From NCBI GenBank assembly GCA_965248755.1, contig OZ252149.1, forward strand, positions 4,476,736-4,540,735: a DNA stretch of 64,000 nt. Reading direction: 5' to 3'. The notes beneath the pieces were generated by a model that was not told the DNA's origin, did not search any database, and worked only from the letters and a program-made list of their open reading frames with translations. Source of the DNA: Candidatus Latescibacterota bacterium. GTDB lineage: Bacteria > Latescibacterota > CBDEFO01. The translations under genes were made by a program, and so were the position numbers. How positions within the stretch are numbered: the first letter of the stretch is position 1; the number at the start of each line of letters is the position of its first letter. This document shows, piece after piece, positions 18,777 through 26,302 of the stretch.

Positions 18777-20567
18777 TTGAACCCTAAATATGAGGGCCCA
18801 AGATTAATCGTAGTAGCAGGCGGGGTTATTAGTGGTGTGGGCAAGGGAATCGCTACGGCTTCGATCGGGAAGATATTGCAGCAGTACGGCTACAGCGCAA
18901 CTGCAATCAAAATTGACCCATACATAAATTACGATGCAGGGACGCTGAGGCCTACAGAGCACGGTGAGGTGTGGGTGACAGATGACGGCGGAGAGATAGA
19001 CCAGGATCTGGGGAATTACGAGAGACTATTGGGGATTGACATCCCGAAGCGGAATAATCTGACGACAGGACAGATATACCGGACGGTGATAAATAGGGAA
19101 AGGGGAGGGGAGTATCTGGGACAGACGGTTCGACCTATTCCCCATATTACAGATGAGATTAAGAGGAGAGTCTTAGAATCGGCTGTGGGATTTGATATAG
19201 CTCTGGTGGAAGTGGGTGGGACAGTAGGGGACGACGAAAACGAACCTTTTTTATTTGCGATGAAGGGTCTGGAAAGAGAAATAGGGGAGAAGAATGTCAT
19301 CTATATCCTCGTTACCTACCTTCCAGTGCCGTCTCATATTGGGGAGATGAAGACGAAGCCGACTCAACAGGCAATTAAGCTTCTAAGTGAGCATGGCATC
19401 TTTCCCAATTTTGTCCTGTGTCGGGCAAATGAGCCTTTGGATGAGGTAAGGAAGAAAAAGATAGAGATTTCCTCGAATATAGCGGCTGATTCTGTGATTT
19501 CAGCTCCAGATATCCAGACCCTGTACGATATTCCACTAAATTTGGAGAAGGACGGCATTGGTAGGAAAATCCTGGAAAAGTTCGGCCTGGAGCCTAGAAA
19601 GTCGCCGGATTGGACGAACTGGCAAAGTCTGGTAAGGAGAATAAGAAATCCTTCTAAGACTCTGCGTGTGGCGATGGTAGGAAAGTACGTGGATATAGGG
19701 GACTATAGTCTAATGGATTCTTACATATCTATAAACCAGTCTTTAGAGCATGCGGGAGCGGCGTTCGACGTCGGGATCGATATCGATTGGATAGACTCTA
19801 AAGGGATAGAAGAAGACGATAAGGGGACTGAGAGTCTGAAGGAATTCGACGGAATTATAGTTCCAGGGGGGTTCGGAGGAAGAGGTGTGGAGGGTAAGAT
19901 AGAGGCTATCAAGTTTGTGCGGGAGAACAACACACCGTTCTTGGGATTGTGTTATGGGCTTCAACTTGCTGTGGTGGAGTTCGCAAGGAACGTCTGCGGG
20001 ATGAACGGTGCCCATACCACAGAAATAGATCCCTCGACAGAGTACGCCGTTATAGATACTCAGCCGGGTCAAAGGGAAGTTATAGAAAAGAGTGAATATG
20101 GAGGGACCATGAGGCTTGGGGCGTACGCGGCTGTGTTGAAGAAGGGGAGTCTGGTCTATGAACTCTATAAGAAGTCCAGCCGTCTGGAGGAGGACTCAGA
20201 GAAAATTAAAACCATCAAAAAAGATAAGGATCAGGTGTTCAGACTGGGCTTGCTTCACAAGTGGGAGGATGCAGTTTTAGAAAGACACAGACACCGGTAC
20301 GAGGTCTCTCCACTTTTTATTGAGCTTTTTGAGGATTATGGACTGGTGTTTTCAGGATATCACAAAGGGCTGGATGGCGTCAAGTTGATGGAGTTCGTAG
20401 AACTTCCAAAACACAGATTTTTCGTGGCAACTCAGGCACATCCAGAGTTTAAGTCGAGGCTGGAAAAGCCCGCCCCACTCTTTTTGGGATTCGTGGAGGG
20501 AATGCTAAAGTGCCAAGCCGAATATGAGGTAAAAGATGAGTTACATTCTACACTAAAGACAAGGTAA
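18777..20567 (+). CDS. pyrG: CTP synthase (divergent)
   Basis: 'GGVISGVGKG', 'KIDPYIN.DAGT', 'E.KTKPTQ', GATase 'PGGFG.RG', 'GLCYG.Q', 'ERHRHRYE', 'QAHPEFKSR'. Confidence 0.96.
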   Translation: MNPKYEGPRLIVVAGGVISGVGKGIATASIGKILQQYGYSATAIKIDPYINYDAGTLRPTEHGEVWVTDDGGEIDQDLGNYERLLGIDIPKRNNLTTGQIYRTVINRERGGEYLGQTVRPIPHITDEIKRRVLESAVGFDIALVEVGGTVGDDENEPFLFAMKGLEREIGEKNVIYILVTYLPVPSHIGEMKTKPTQQAIKLLSEHGIFPNFVLCRANEPLDEVRKKKIEISSNIAADSVISAPDIQTLYDIPLNLEKDGIGRKILEKFGLEPRKSPDWTNWQSLVRRIRNPSKTLRVAMVGKYVDIGDYSLMDSYISINQSLEHAGAAFDVGIDIDWIDSKGIEEDDKGTESLKEFDGIIVPGGFGGRGVEGKIEAIKFVRENNTPFLGLCYGLQLAVVEFARNVCGMNGAHTTEIDPSTEYAVIDTQPGQREVIEKSEYGGTMRLGAYAAVLKKGSLVYELYKKSSRLEEDSEKIKTIKKDKDQVFRLGLLHKWEDAVLERHRHRYEVSPLFIELFEDYGLVFSGYHKGLDGVKLMEFVELPKHRFFVATQAHPEFKSRLEKPAPLFLGFVEGMLKCQAEYEVKDELHSTLKTR

Positions 20568-20575
20568 GTTTATAG

Positions 20576-21394
20576 ATGAAAACCTTCGATGTAGGCAAAA
20601 TCCGAATCAGTAGTGATAGTCTGATCCTTATAGCTGGACCCTGTGTAATTGAATCCCGGGAGCTGGTGATGAGGACAGCAGAGGCGCTAGGTAATATATG
20701 TCAACGTGTGGGGTTTCCAGTCATCTTCAAGTCGTCTTATGCTAAGATGAACAGGACAAGCATAGATTCGTTTTCAGGACTGGGGATAGATAAGGGCTTG
20801 AAAATCCTGGAGAGTGTAAAGAGCGAATTAGGTATGCCTTTGACCACGGATTTTCATTCTGCAGGAGAGGCAGATGTAGCAGCACAAGTAGTGGATATGC
20901 TCCAGATCCCTGCGTTTTTAGTAAGACAGACGGATATCTTGCTTGCAGCAGGAAAGACAAGAAAGCCGGTGAATGTGAAAAAGGGTCAGTTCTTAGCCCC
21001 TGAAGATATGGCTTATGTAGTGGAAAAAATAGAGTCTACAGGAAACAGACAGGTTATGCTAACTGAGAGAGGAACTGCTTTCGGGTATCATGATCTGGTG
21101 GTGGACATGAGGTCTTTAGGCGTAATGAAAGCCACAGGATATCCTGTAGCTTTCGATGCAACTCATGCAGTCTCCCTAAACCCGAGTAAGAACGAGAACA
21201 GGAAGTGTATAGAAGCTCTCTCCAGGGCGGCTGTGGCAGTAGGTGTAGATGCAATATTTATTGAGACACATCCCGATCCACCTCGGGCTCTGTCAGATGG
21301 AGCAAGGATGCTACCTTTAGATAGATTAGCGGAGTTATTGGAGAGACTGAAGAGAATAAAGGAGGCTGTAAGAGACAAAACGAAAAAACATTAA
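20576..21394 (+). CDS. kdsA: 2-dehydro-3-deoxyphosphooctonate (KDO8P) synthase
   Basis: 'IAGPCVIES', 'LQIPAFL.RQTD', 'NVKKGQF', 'TERG..FGY..LVVD', 'FDATH', 'FIETHPDP..ALSDG'. Confidence 0.93.
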   Translation: MKTFDVGKIRISSDSLILIAGPCVIESRELVMRTAEALGNICQRVGFPVIFKSSYAKMNRTSIDSFSGLGIDKGLKILESVKSELGMPLTTDFHSAGEADVAAQVVDMLQIPAFLVRQTDILLAAGKTRKPVNVKKGQFLAPEDMAYVVEKIESTGNRQVMLTERGTAFGYHDLVVDMRSLGVMKATGYPVAFDATHAVSLNPSKNENRKCIEALSRAAVAVGVDAIFIETHPDPPRALSDGARMLPLDRLAELLERLKRIKEAVRDKTKKH

Positions 21395-21596
21395 ACCTCC
21401 TACAGTTTTGCGTGTCCAAGACAGTAGAGCAGGGAATGGAACACTGACAATCCAAACTTTAGGAGGGGAAAAACCGTGAAATTGCGGATGCGGGGAGAAG
21501 AGATCACTTTGATTGCGTTTGTCGGAGTGTTTATGCTGTATGTCTTCTCAAACTTCGCCCAACTGTTCTGAGCATTTGTTACCTCTTGAGAGTATT

Positions 21597-22148
21597 ATGT
21601 CCGAACAGGGCGATGAAATATCACTTGTGAAGCAGTTTAAAGAGGGAGATGAGAGAGCATTTAACGAAATTGTCAGAACTTACCAAGAGAGGCTCTATTA
21701 TCTTGCTTTGAAGCTTCTGGGGGACAGAGAAGATGCACAGGATATCTCGCAAGAGGCATTTGTAAAGGCCTATTACGGTTTAAAGAAGTTTAGGGAGGAT
21801 TCATCTTTATATACGTGGCTCTACAGGATTGTGCTGAATCTGTGTATGAATCGCCGACGGAGGGACAAATTAGTAGAATTTGTTTCATTGGACGCTTTAG
21901 GTGAGATTACAGCGTCTAAAAGTGTTAATCCAGATAAGAAAGCGGAACATTCCGAACTTAATGCTGCTATTAAAGAGGCAGTAGATAGCCTTCCAGAGAA
22001 ACAGAGAGCCATATTTATGTTAAGACAGTACGAGGAACTCTCTCATGGCGAGATTGCGGAAATAGTAGGCAGAAGCGTAGGTGCAGTAAAATCTAACTAT
22101 TTTCAGGCAGTTAAAAAGCTTCAACAATCGCTGGCTAAGTTTAGATGA
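21597..22148 (+). CDS. ECF RNA polymerase sigma factor (RpoE/SigW-like)
   Basis: Region 2 'DAQDISQEAFVKAY..L..F...SSLYTWLYRI..N'; region 4 'LPEKQR..F.LR..E.LS..EIAEI'. Confidence 0.92.
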   Translation: MSEQGDEISLVKQFKEGDERAFNEIVRTYQERLYYLALKLLGDREDAQDISQEAFVKAYYGLKKFREDSSLYTWLYRIVLNLCMNRRRRDKLVEFVSLDALGEITASKSVNPDKKAEHSELNAAIKEAVDSLPEKQRAIFMLRQYEELSHGEIAEIVGRSVGAVKSNYFQAVKKLQQSLAKFR

Positions 22149-22179
22149 TGTATAGTTTTAACTTCCAGGCGAAATAGAA

Positions 22180-22883
22180 ATGAATTGCAATAATTTAAAT
22201 GACCGTCTTATAGATTTTATCGAGGGGCAGTTGGAGAAGGAGGAGGAATTGGATGTTAAGAGACACATAGATTCGTGTGCGGATTGTCTGCAAGAGTTGG
22301 AAAGTTTGAGATCTCTTCTGGAAGATATAGGTTCTTTCGGAAAAAGTTATAATGAAGAGGAGAACATTCACTGGGCTAATTATCTTCCTCAGGTAAGGGA
22401 AAGGATAAATAGAAAAAAGAGAAGAAGCTGTGGATAAGGGCAGCTGTTCCAGCTATAGGGATTTTGAGTATAGTTATTTTGCTATTTTTTCTAAACGGCG
22501 GCGGCAAACCCGATTCCGGTATGGGAGAAGAATGGACACCCGTGACTGGTGCTGAGGAATGGTACATTGGAGAGCTTGTAGACTTTGTAGTAGACTCATC
22601 GGATGTAGAAAAGATCATTATCAGTAGGCTGATCAGTCCTGGAATGATTGAAGATATAGCTGCTTTAGAGGAGTCCGAAGGATTTGGGTATGATAATACT
22701 GATGTGGATGTCAGTAGCGAGCAGTATGGCTACGTAGTCTATGAATTTGAGGAACTGGACAGTGCTGCTTTGGACTATATAGTTGAAAGGTCGGATTTAG
22801 AGAGCCTTCTTGAAGATCTTGATAAAGAGAGTCAGGAGGACTTGCTCAAGAGAGTGGCGGCAATCTCCTTGTCGATGGGGTAG
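22180..22883 (+). CDS. zinc-finger (zf-HC2) anti-sigma factor split by a -1 frameshift (ORFs 22180-22437 and 22413-22883)
   Basis: N-part has ZAS motif 'H..SCADC'. The -1 frame opens at 22413 and encodes 'KKEKKLWIRAAVPAIGILSIVILLFFL' (TM) plus an acidic periplasmic domain. Break lies at A_AAA_AAG. Confidence 0.8.
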
Positions 22884-23055
22884 TGGACTGTCAAGTATAT
22901 TCTCTTGAATGACAATAACAACCGACGGTCACAGAAGCAGATTGGCAGAAACTCAAAGTTGAGGACATAAGGAACGCGGACAGGGAAGCCATTCCCGATG
23001 AGTGCAGGTGGTGTAAGGATTTATGGATTAGTGGTCTCTTAAGGAGGCATGAAAA

Positions 23056-23679
23056 ATGAAAAGTGTTTATGTTGTATTTATATTGGTCTTGGGAGGACTT
23101 ATCGCTGTATTAGATAGTAGAGCTATGTCACAACCTAGGCCATTTGACTTCCCGGCAAGAGGGGAGAAAATGAGGGAGAGGATAAGGACTATTCGTACCT
23201 GGAAGATGGTTGAACTGATGGATCTGACTGAGGAGCAGTCGCAGAGGTTTTTCCCTATTATGAATCGGCGCGAAGATGGGGAAAGAGAACGGAATGAGAA
23301 GAGACATGAGATTATGCGGGAACTGCGAGAGCTTGTTGAGAATAAGGATACGTCGGATGATGAGTTGAAAAAGAAGATTGAGGAAGTAAGGAAAAATAAC
23401 GTTGAACACCAGGAGAACAGCGAAAAGTTTCATAATGCTGTAGAGAAGGTGTTATCCGTGCGGCAACAGGCAAAGTTGATGTTCTTCGAGCCGCGCTTTG
23501 AAAGAGAATTAAGAGACATAGTGAAAGACTTTAGACATAGAAGAATAGGGGAGCTTTGGCAAGAAGGACAACCGAAGGAACAGATGCAGAAGTTGGAGGA
23601 GTGGCAAGAGGAAATAAGAAGGTATCAGCAGGAAATTAGAGAATTGCAGAAGAAGTTGCAGGAAGAAATAAAGAAGTAG
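23056..23679 (+). CDS. periplasmic Spy/CpxP-like helical protein
   Basis: Signal peptide; 'MDLTEEQ..RFFP' and 'VLSVRQQAK' LTxxQ-like motifs; third gene of the ECF operon; AGGAGG RBS. Confidence 0.75.
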   Translation: MKSVYVVFILVLGGLIAVLDSRAMSQPRPFDFPARGEKMRERIRTIRTWKMVELMDLTEEQSQRFFPIMNRREDGERERNEKRHEIMRELRELVENKDTSDDELKKKIEEVRKNNVEHQENSEKFHNAVEKVLSVRQQAKLMFFEPRFERELRDIVKDFRHRRIGELWQEGQPKEQMQKLEEWQEEIRRYQQEIRELQKKLQEEIKK

Positions 23680-23780
23680 GGGATGGAACAAACGGGGGAG
23701 AGTAGCAAAGAGATGGAAAGGCCGTAGACGATTTGCCTTTTGTAGTAAGAGTATCAAGATTGCCCGTGGGTCTGTCCAGA

Positions 23781-23886
23781 GGGTCTGTCAGATTTTTTGT
23801 GTAAATGGGATTTTCTTCTGTTCCCTTCTCCAGTTATTTTATTCTCAATCTCCCCTCGAAATGGATTGAAAACTGTTGGATGGCCT
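23781..23886 (-). mobile_element. IS256-family remnant (transposase C-terminus and right end)
   Basis: Minus strand encodes 'AIQQFSIHFEGRLRIK*' followed by TTTACACAAAAAATCTGACAGACCC, resembling IS256-family right inverted repeats. Confidence 0.65.
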
Positions 23887-23913
23887 CTCCCCGATTGCTT
23901 CTATCGGGGAGAG
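23885..23913. repeat. palindromic REP-like repeat family B (CCCGATAGA-NNN-AATCGGG), copy 1
   Basis: CTCTCCCCGAT-TGCTTCT-ATCGGGGAGAG; related copies at 25149-25167 and 59368-59392. Confidence 0.6.
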
Positions 23914-24032
23914 ATCCTACAGTAGAGAGGCCGGTGTCTGAAACCTAACGACCCGTGTGTTGGTTCAGCTTCCGGAAATCTACCTGCCGCACGAGAATTC
24001 CAGACACCGCACATTGTTTGGGTCTATTTTCT

Positions 24033-24060
24033 AGTTCCTATAATTAAAGTTATGTAAGCT
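24033..24060 (+). other. dif-like XerC/XerD site (variant central region)
   Basis: AGTTCCTATAA-TTAAAG-TTATGTAAGCT: left arm identical to the 24963 site, right arm XerD-like. Confidence 0.75.
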
Positions 24061-24092
24061 TGGGAGCGATGTCTACTATCAGTACCACTGCT

Positions 24093-24662
24093 TTAGGTAA
24101 GTGTTCTTAAAGTTTTCTGAACTTTAGCAGGATTCTTAATGTTTCCTAAAATACAATCAGCTTGACCCGTGCCCGCCTTTGTTATAGTTATATCTCCACA
24201 ACCAAACATTCTCTGGGAAGCACTCATTTTTAGTCTTATGTCTTGAATCCGATCTAAAGAAGTCTCGTAATAGATCGTATAACGCCATTTGATGAAAGAG
24301 GAGAGCATTACGAGAATAGCTAAAATTATGAAGAACTTGCCTCCGCCCGGGGAATCCGCGACAAACATCACAATAGCAAGAGCCATAAAAAACCACCCTA
24401 AAAATTGAGACACAAAGAGCGCGCATGCTGCAGCCGGGCGTGCTTCGAATACTATCTTTTCATCATCGCTTAATATGCTTTTGGGGATCAGCTTAGGTAT
24501 GCTGTAAGATGGAATACTTATCTCTTTCTGTTTCTCCTCCTGGGCGGACTCCTCTTTCACTGCATCTTGAGCAGTCAGTTTTTGAGCGGGTAGCTGAACC
24601 CCACAGGCACTGCAGAACTTTGCTGTGTCAGCGTTCTCATGTCCACAGTCAGAACAATACAT
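24093..24662 (-). CDS. zinc-ribbon + membrane bacterial PH (bPH_2-like) domain protein
   Basis: N-terminal 'C..CG.EN...AKFC..CG'; two TM helices; 'LDRIQDI......QRMFGCGDITI'. Confidence 0.7.
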   Translation of the reverse strand: MYCSDCGHENADTAKFCSACGVQLPAQKLTAQDAVKEESAQEEKQKEISIPSYSIPKLIPKSILSDDEKIVFEARPAAACALFVSQFLGWFFMALAIVMFVADSPGGGKFFIILAILVMLSSFIKWRYTIYYETSLDRIQDIRLKMSASQRMFGCGDITITKAGTGQADCILGNIKNPAKVQKTLRTLT

Positions 24663-24702
24663 ATTTATTTCTCCTTAACAAACGAGATATTTGTAAGCGA
24701 TG

Positions 24703-24957
24703 TTACTGAATCAGCTGGATCTCACTAAGCTCAAGTCGAAGATTCTCCTTTGAATACGCAACCAAGTTATCATACGGCTCATCGCCGATGAACTGGTTTT
24801 CTTCCCATTGGTACCTTGCCTCTGCAATCTGTCCAGCAGCAATGTTTGCTTTGCCGGCGGTCAAGCGCGTGCGAAACAGAACATCGCCGAAGGCGTTTTT
24901 CACAATGAGGAGCGCTTTCCACGCTTTGATTCTCTGAGAGGTGTTATTCTTTACCAT
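24703..24957 (-). CDS. hypothetical protein or gene fragment inside the dif-bounded island
   Basis: 84-aa ORF starting immediately next to the dif site; no recognised motif. Confidence 0.35.
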   Translation of the reverse strand: MVKNNTSQRIKAWKALLIVKNAFGDVLFRTRLTAGKANIAAGQIAEARYQWEENQFIGDEPYDNLVAYSKENLRLELSEIQLIQ

Positions 24958-24962
24958 ATTTT

Positions 24963-24990
24963 AGTTCCTATAATGTATATTATGTCAACT
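24963..24990 (+). other. chromosomal dif site (XerC/XerD recombination site)
   Basis: AGTTCCTATAA-TGTATA-TTATGTCAACT. Same 11-6-11 layout as E. coli dif (GGTGCGCATAA-TGTATA-TTATGTTAAAT) and B. subtilis dif (ACTTCCTAGAA-TATATA-TTATGTAAACT); lies at the gene-strand switch. Confidence 0.88.
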
Positions 24991-25119
24991 TACACTAATA
25001 TTCAGTTTATTTCCGATACTTTTTATAATATGACTAGCCCGGATAATTCACTAAAACACGCCGTGTATTAATTAAGAGACTATATTATGTTATAGTTATG
25101 CCGTTTAACCATCTTCGGT

Positions 25120-25167
25120 GTCATTGCGAGCCGAACGTGGACCAATCCCCCGATAGACTTAATCGGG
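25120..25167. repeat. composite of REP-like families A (inverted) and B
   Basis: GTCATTGCGAGCCGAACGTGGACCAATCC joined to CCCGATAGACTTAATCGGG, just after the HTH gene stop. Confidence 0.55.
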
Positions 25168-25575
25168 CTAGTTCCTCTTTCTTCCAGATATTTTGAACCA
25201 TAATCCCTTACTCCTCCTGTCTTCCTCCAATCTGTTCTGCAATTCTTCTACTTTATATTCTAATTTCTCTTTTGCTGACTTATATTCCCACAAAAGCTCC
25301 TCTGTGGCTTTCAACTTGCCTATCTGCCTTAAGATTCCTTCATAATGCTCTCTATCCACTATTATATTTTTCTCCAGAAGATTGCTAATATCTCCTATTA
25401 TTTCTATATTATTTCTAATCTTTGAACTAGAAAGATTCCTAATACTTTCTATGTCTATTATCCATCTTCCATTGACCTTATTAGCATCTAACATCCTATT
25501 TGATATATAGTTATAGATTGTCTTTGTAGACATTTGGAGTGCTACACTTGCCTCCTTAATAGTATAACCATCCAT
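25168..25575 (-). CDS. helix-turn-helix (MerR/excisionase-like) + coiled-coil protein
   Basis: 'YTIKEAS.AL.MS.KTIYNYI....L.A.KVNGRWII'; C-terminal coiled coil and basic-aromatic tail. Confidence 0.75.
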   Translation of the reverse strand: MDGYTIKEASVALQMSTKTIYNYISNRMLDANKVNGRWIIDIESIRNLSSSKIRNNIEIIGDISNLLEKNIIVDREHYEGILRQIGKLKATEELLWEYKSAKEKLEYKVEELQNRLEEDRRSKGLWFKISGRKRN

Positions 25576-25716
25576 TAGAAGTCCTTCTACAATAGTTCTA
25601 ATGTACTAAATGATCTTCTTTATCGTAGACTTGATAGGGATCTTGCAAAATTAGATTAACAACCCCCAAAAAGGCTCACATAGGTACGTAAACATCTGAA
25701 CTCAGAGACACACTTA

Positions 25717-25874
25717 CTATACCACTATATTCACAAGTTTCGATCGGGCCTGTTGAACCACTATGATCCTACGTACTTCACCCTTGCCTATATGACGCTG
25801 GACATTAGCATCTACAAGAGCCAGTTCCTTCAATTCTTCCTCAGAAATGTCGGGAATAACCAGAAACCTGCCGC
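25717..25874 (-). pseudogene. duplicated leuS 3' fragment
   Basis: Encodes '[52 protein letters not shown]', a variant of the leuS C-terminus. Confidence 0.85.
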
Positions 25875-26161
25875 AGCTCCTCTGTAGCTTTCAACTTGCA
25901 AATCTGCCTTAAGATTCCTTCATAATGCTCTCTATCTACTATTACATTTTTATCCAAAAGATTGCTAATATCTCCTATTATTTCTATATTCCTTCTAATT
26001 ACTGAACTAGATATCCTCCTAATACTTTCTATATCTATTACCTATACCTATTTTACATTGACCTTCTTATCATCTAATATCCTATTTGATATATAGTTAT
26101 ATATTGTCTTTGTGGACATTTGGAGTGCTACACTTACCTCCTTAATAGTATAACCGTCCAC
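25875..26161 (-). pseudogene. truncated, degenerate second copy of the HTH gene
   Basis: GTG-DGYTIKEVSVALQMSTKTIYNYISNRILDDKKVNVK* with premature TAG; homology ends at the duplication junction. Confidence 0.85.
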
Positions 26162-26302
26162 TGGAAGTTCTTCTAAAATAGTTCTATGGTACTAAATGAT
26201 CAACTTTATCGTAGACTTGATAGGGATCTTGAAAAATTAGATTAACAACCCAAAAAAACGCTCACATAGGTACGTAAACATCTGAACTCAGAGACACACT
26301 TA

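Noticed and set aside
21391..21420. ECF autoregulatory promoter (TAAACC...GTGTC)
   Set aside because: Plausible position, but the match is too short to support without homologues.
25068..25095. Third dif-like site (TTATGTTATAG)
   Set aside because: Only a partial XerD-like arm in AT-rich DNA; no XerC arm.
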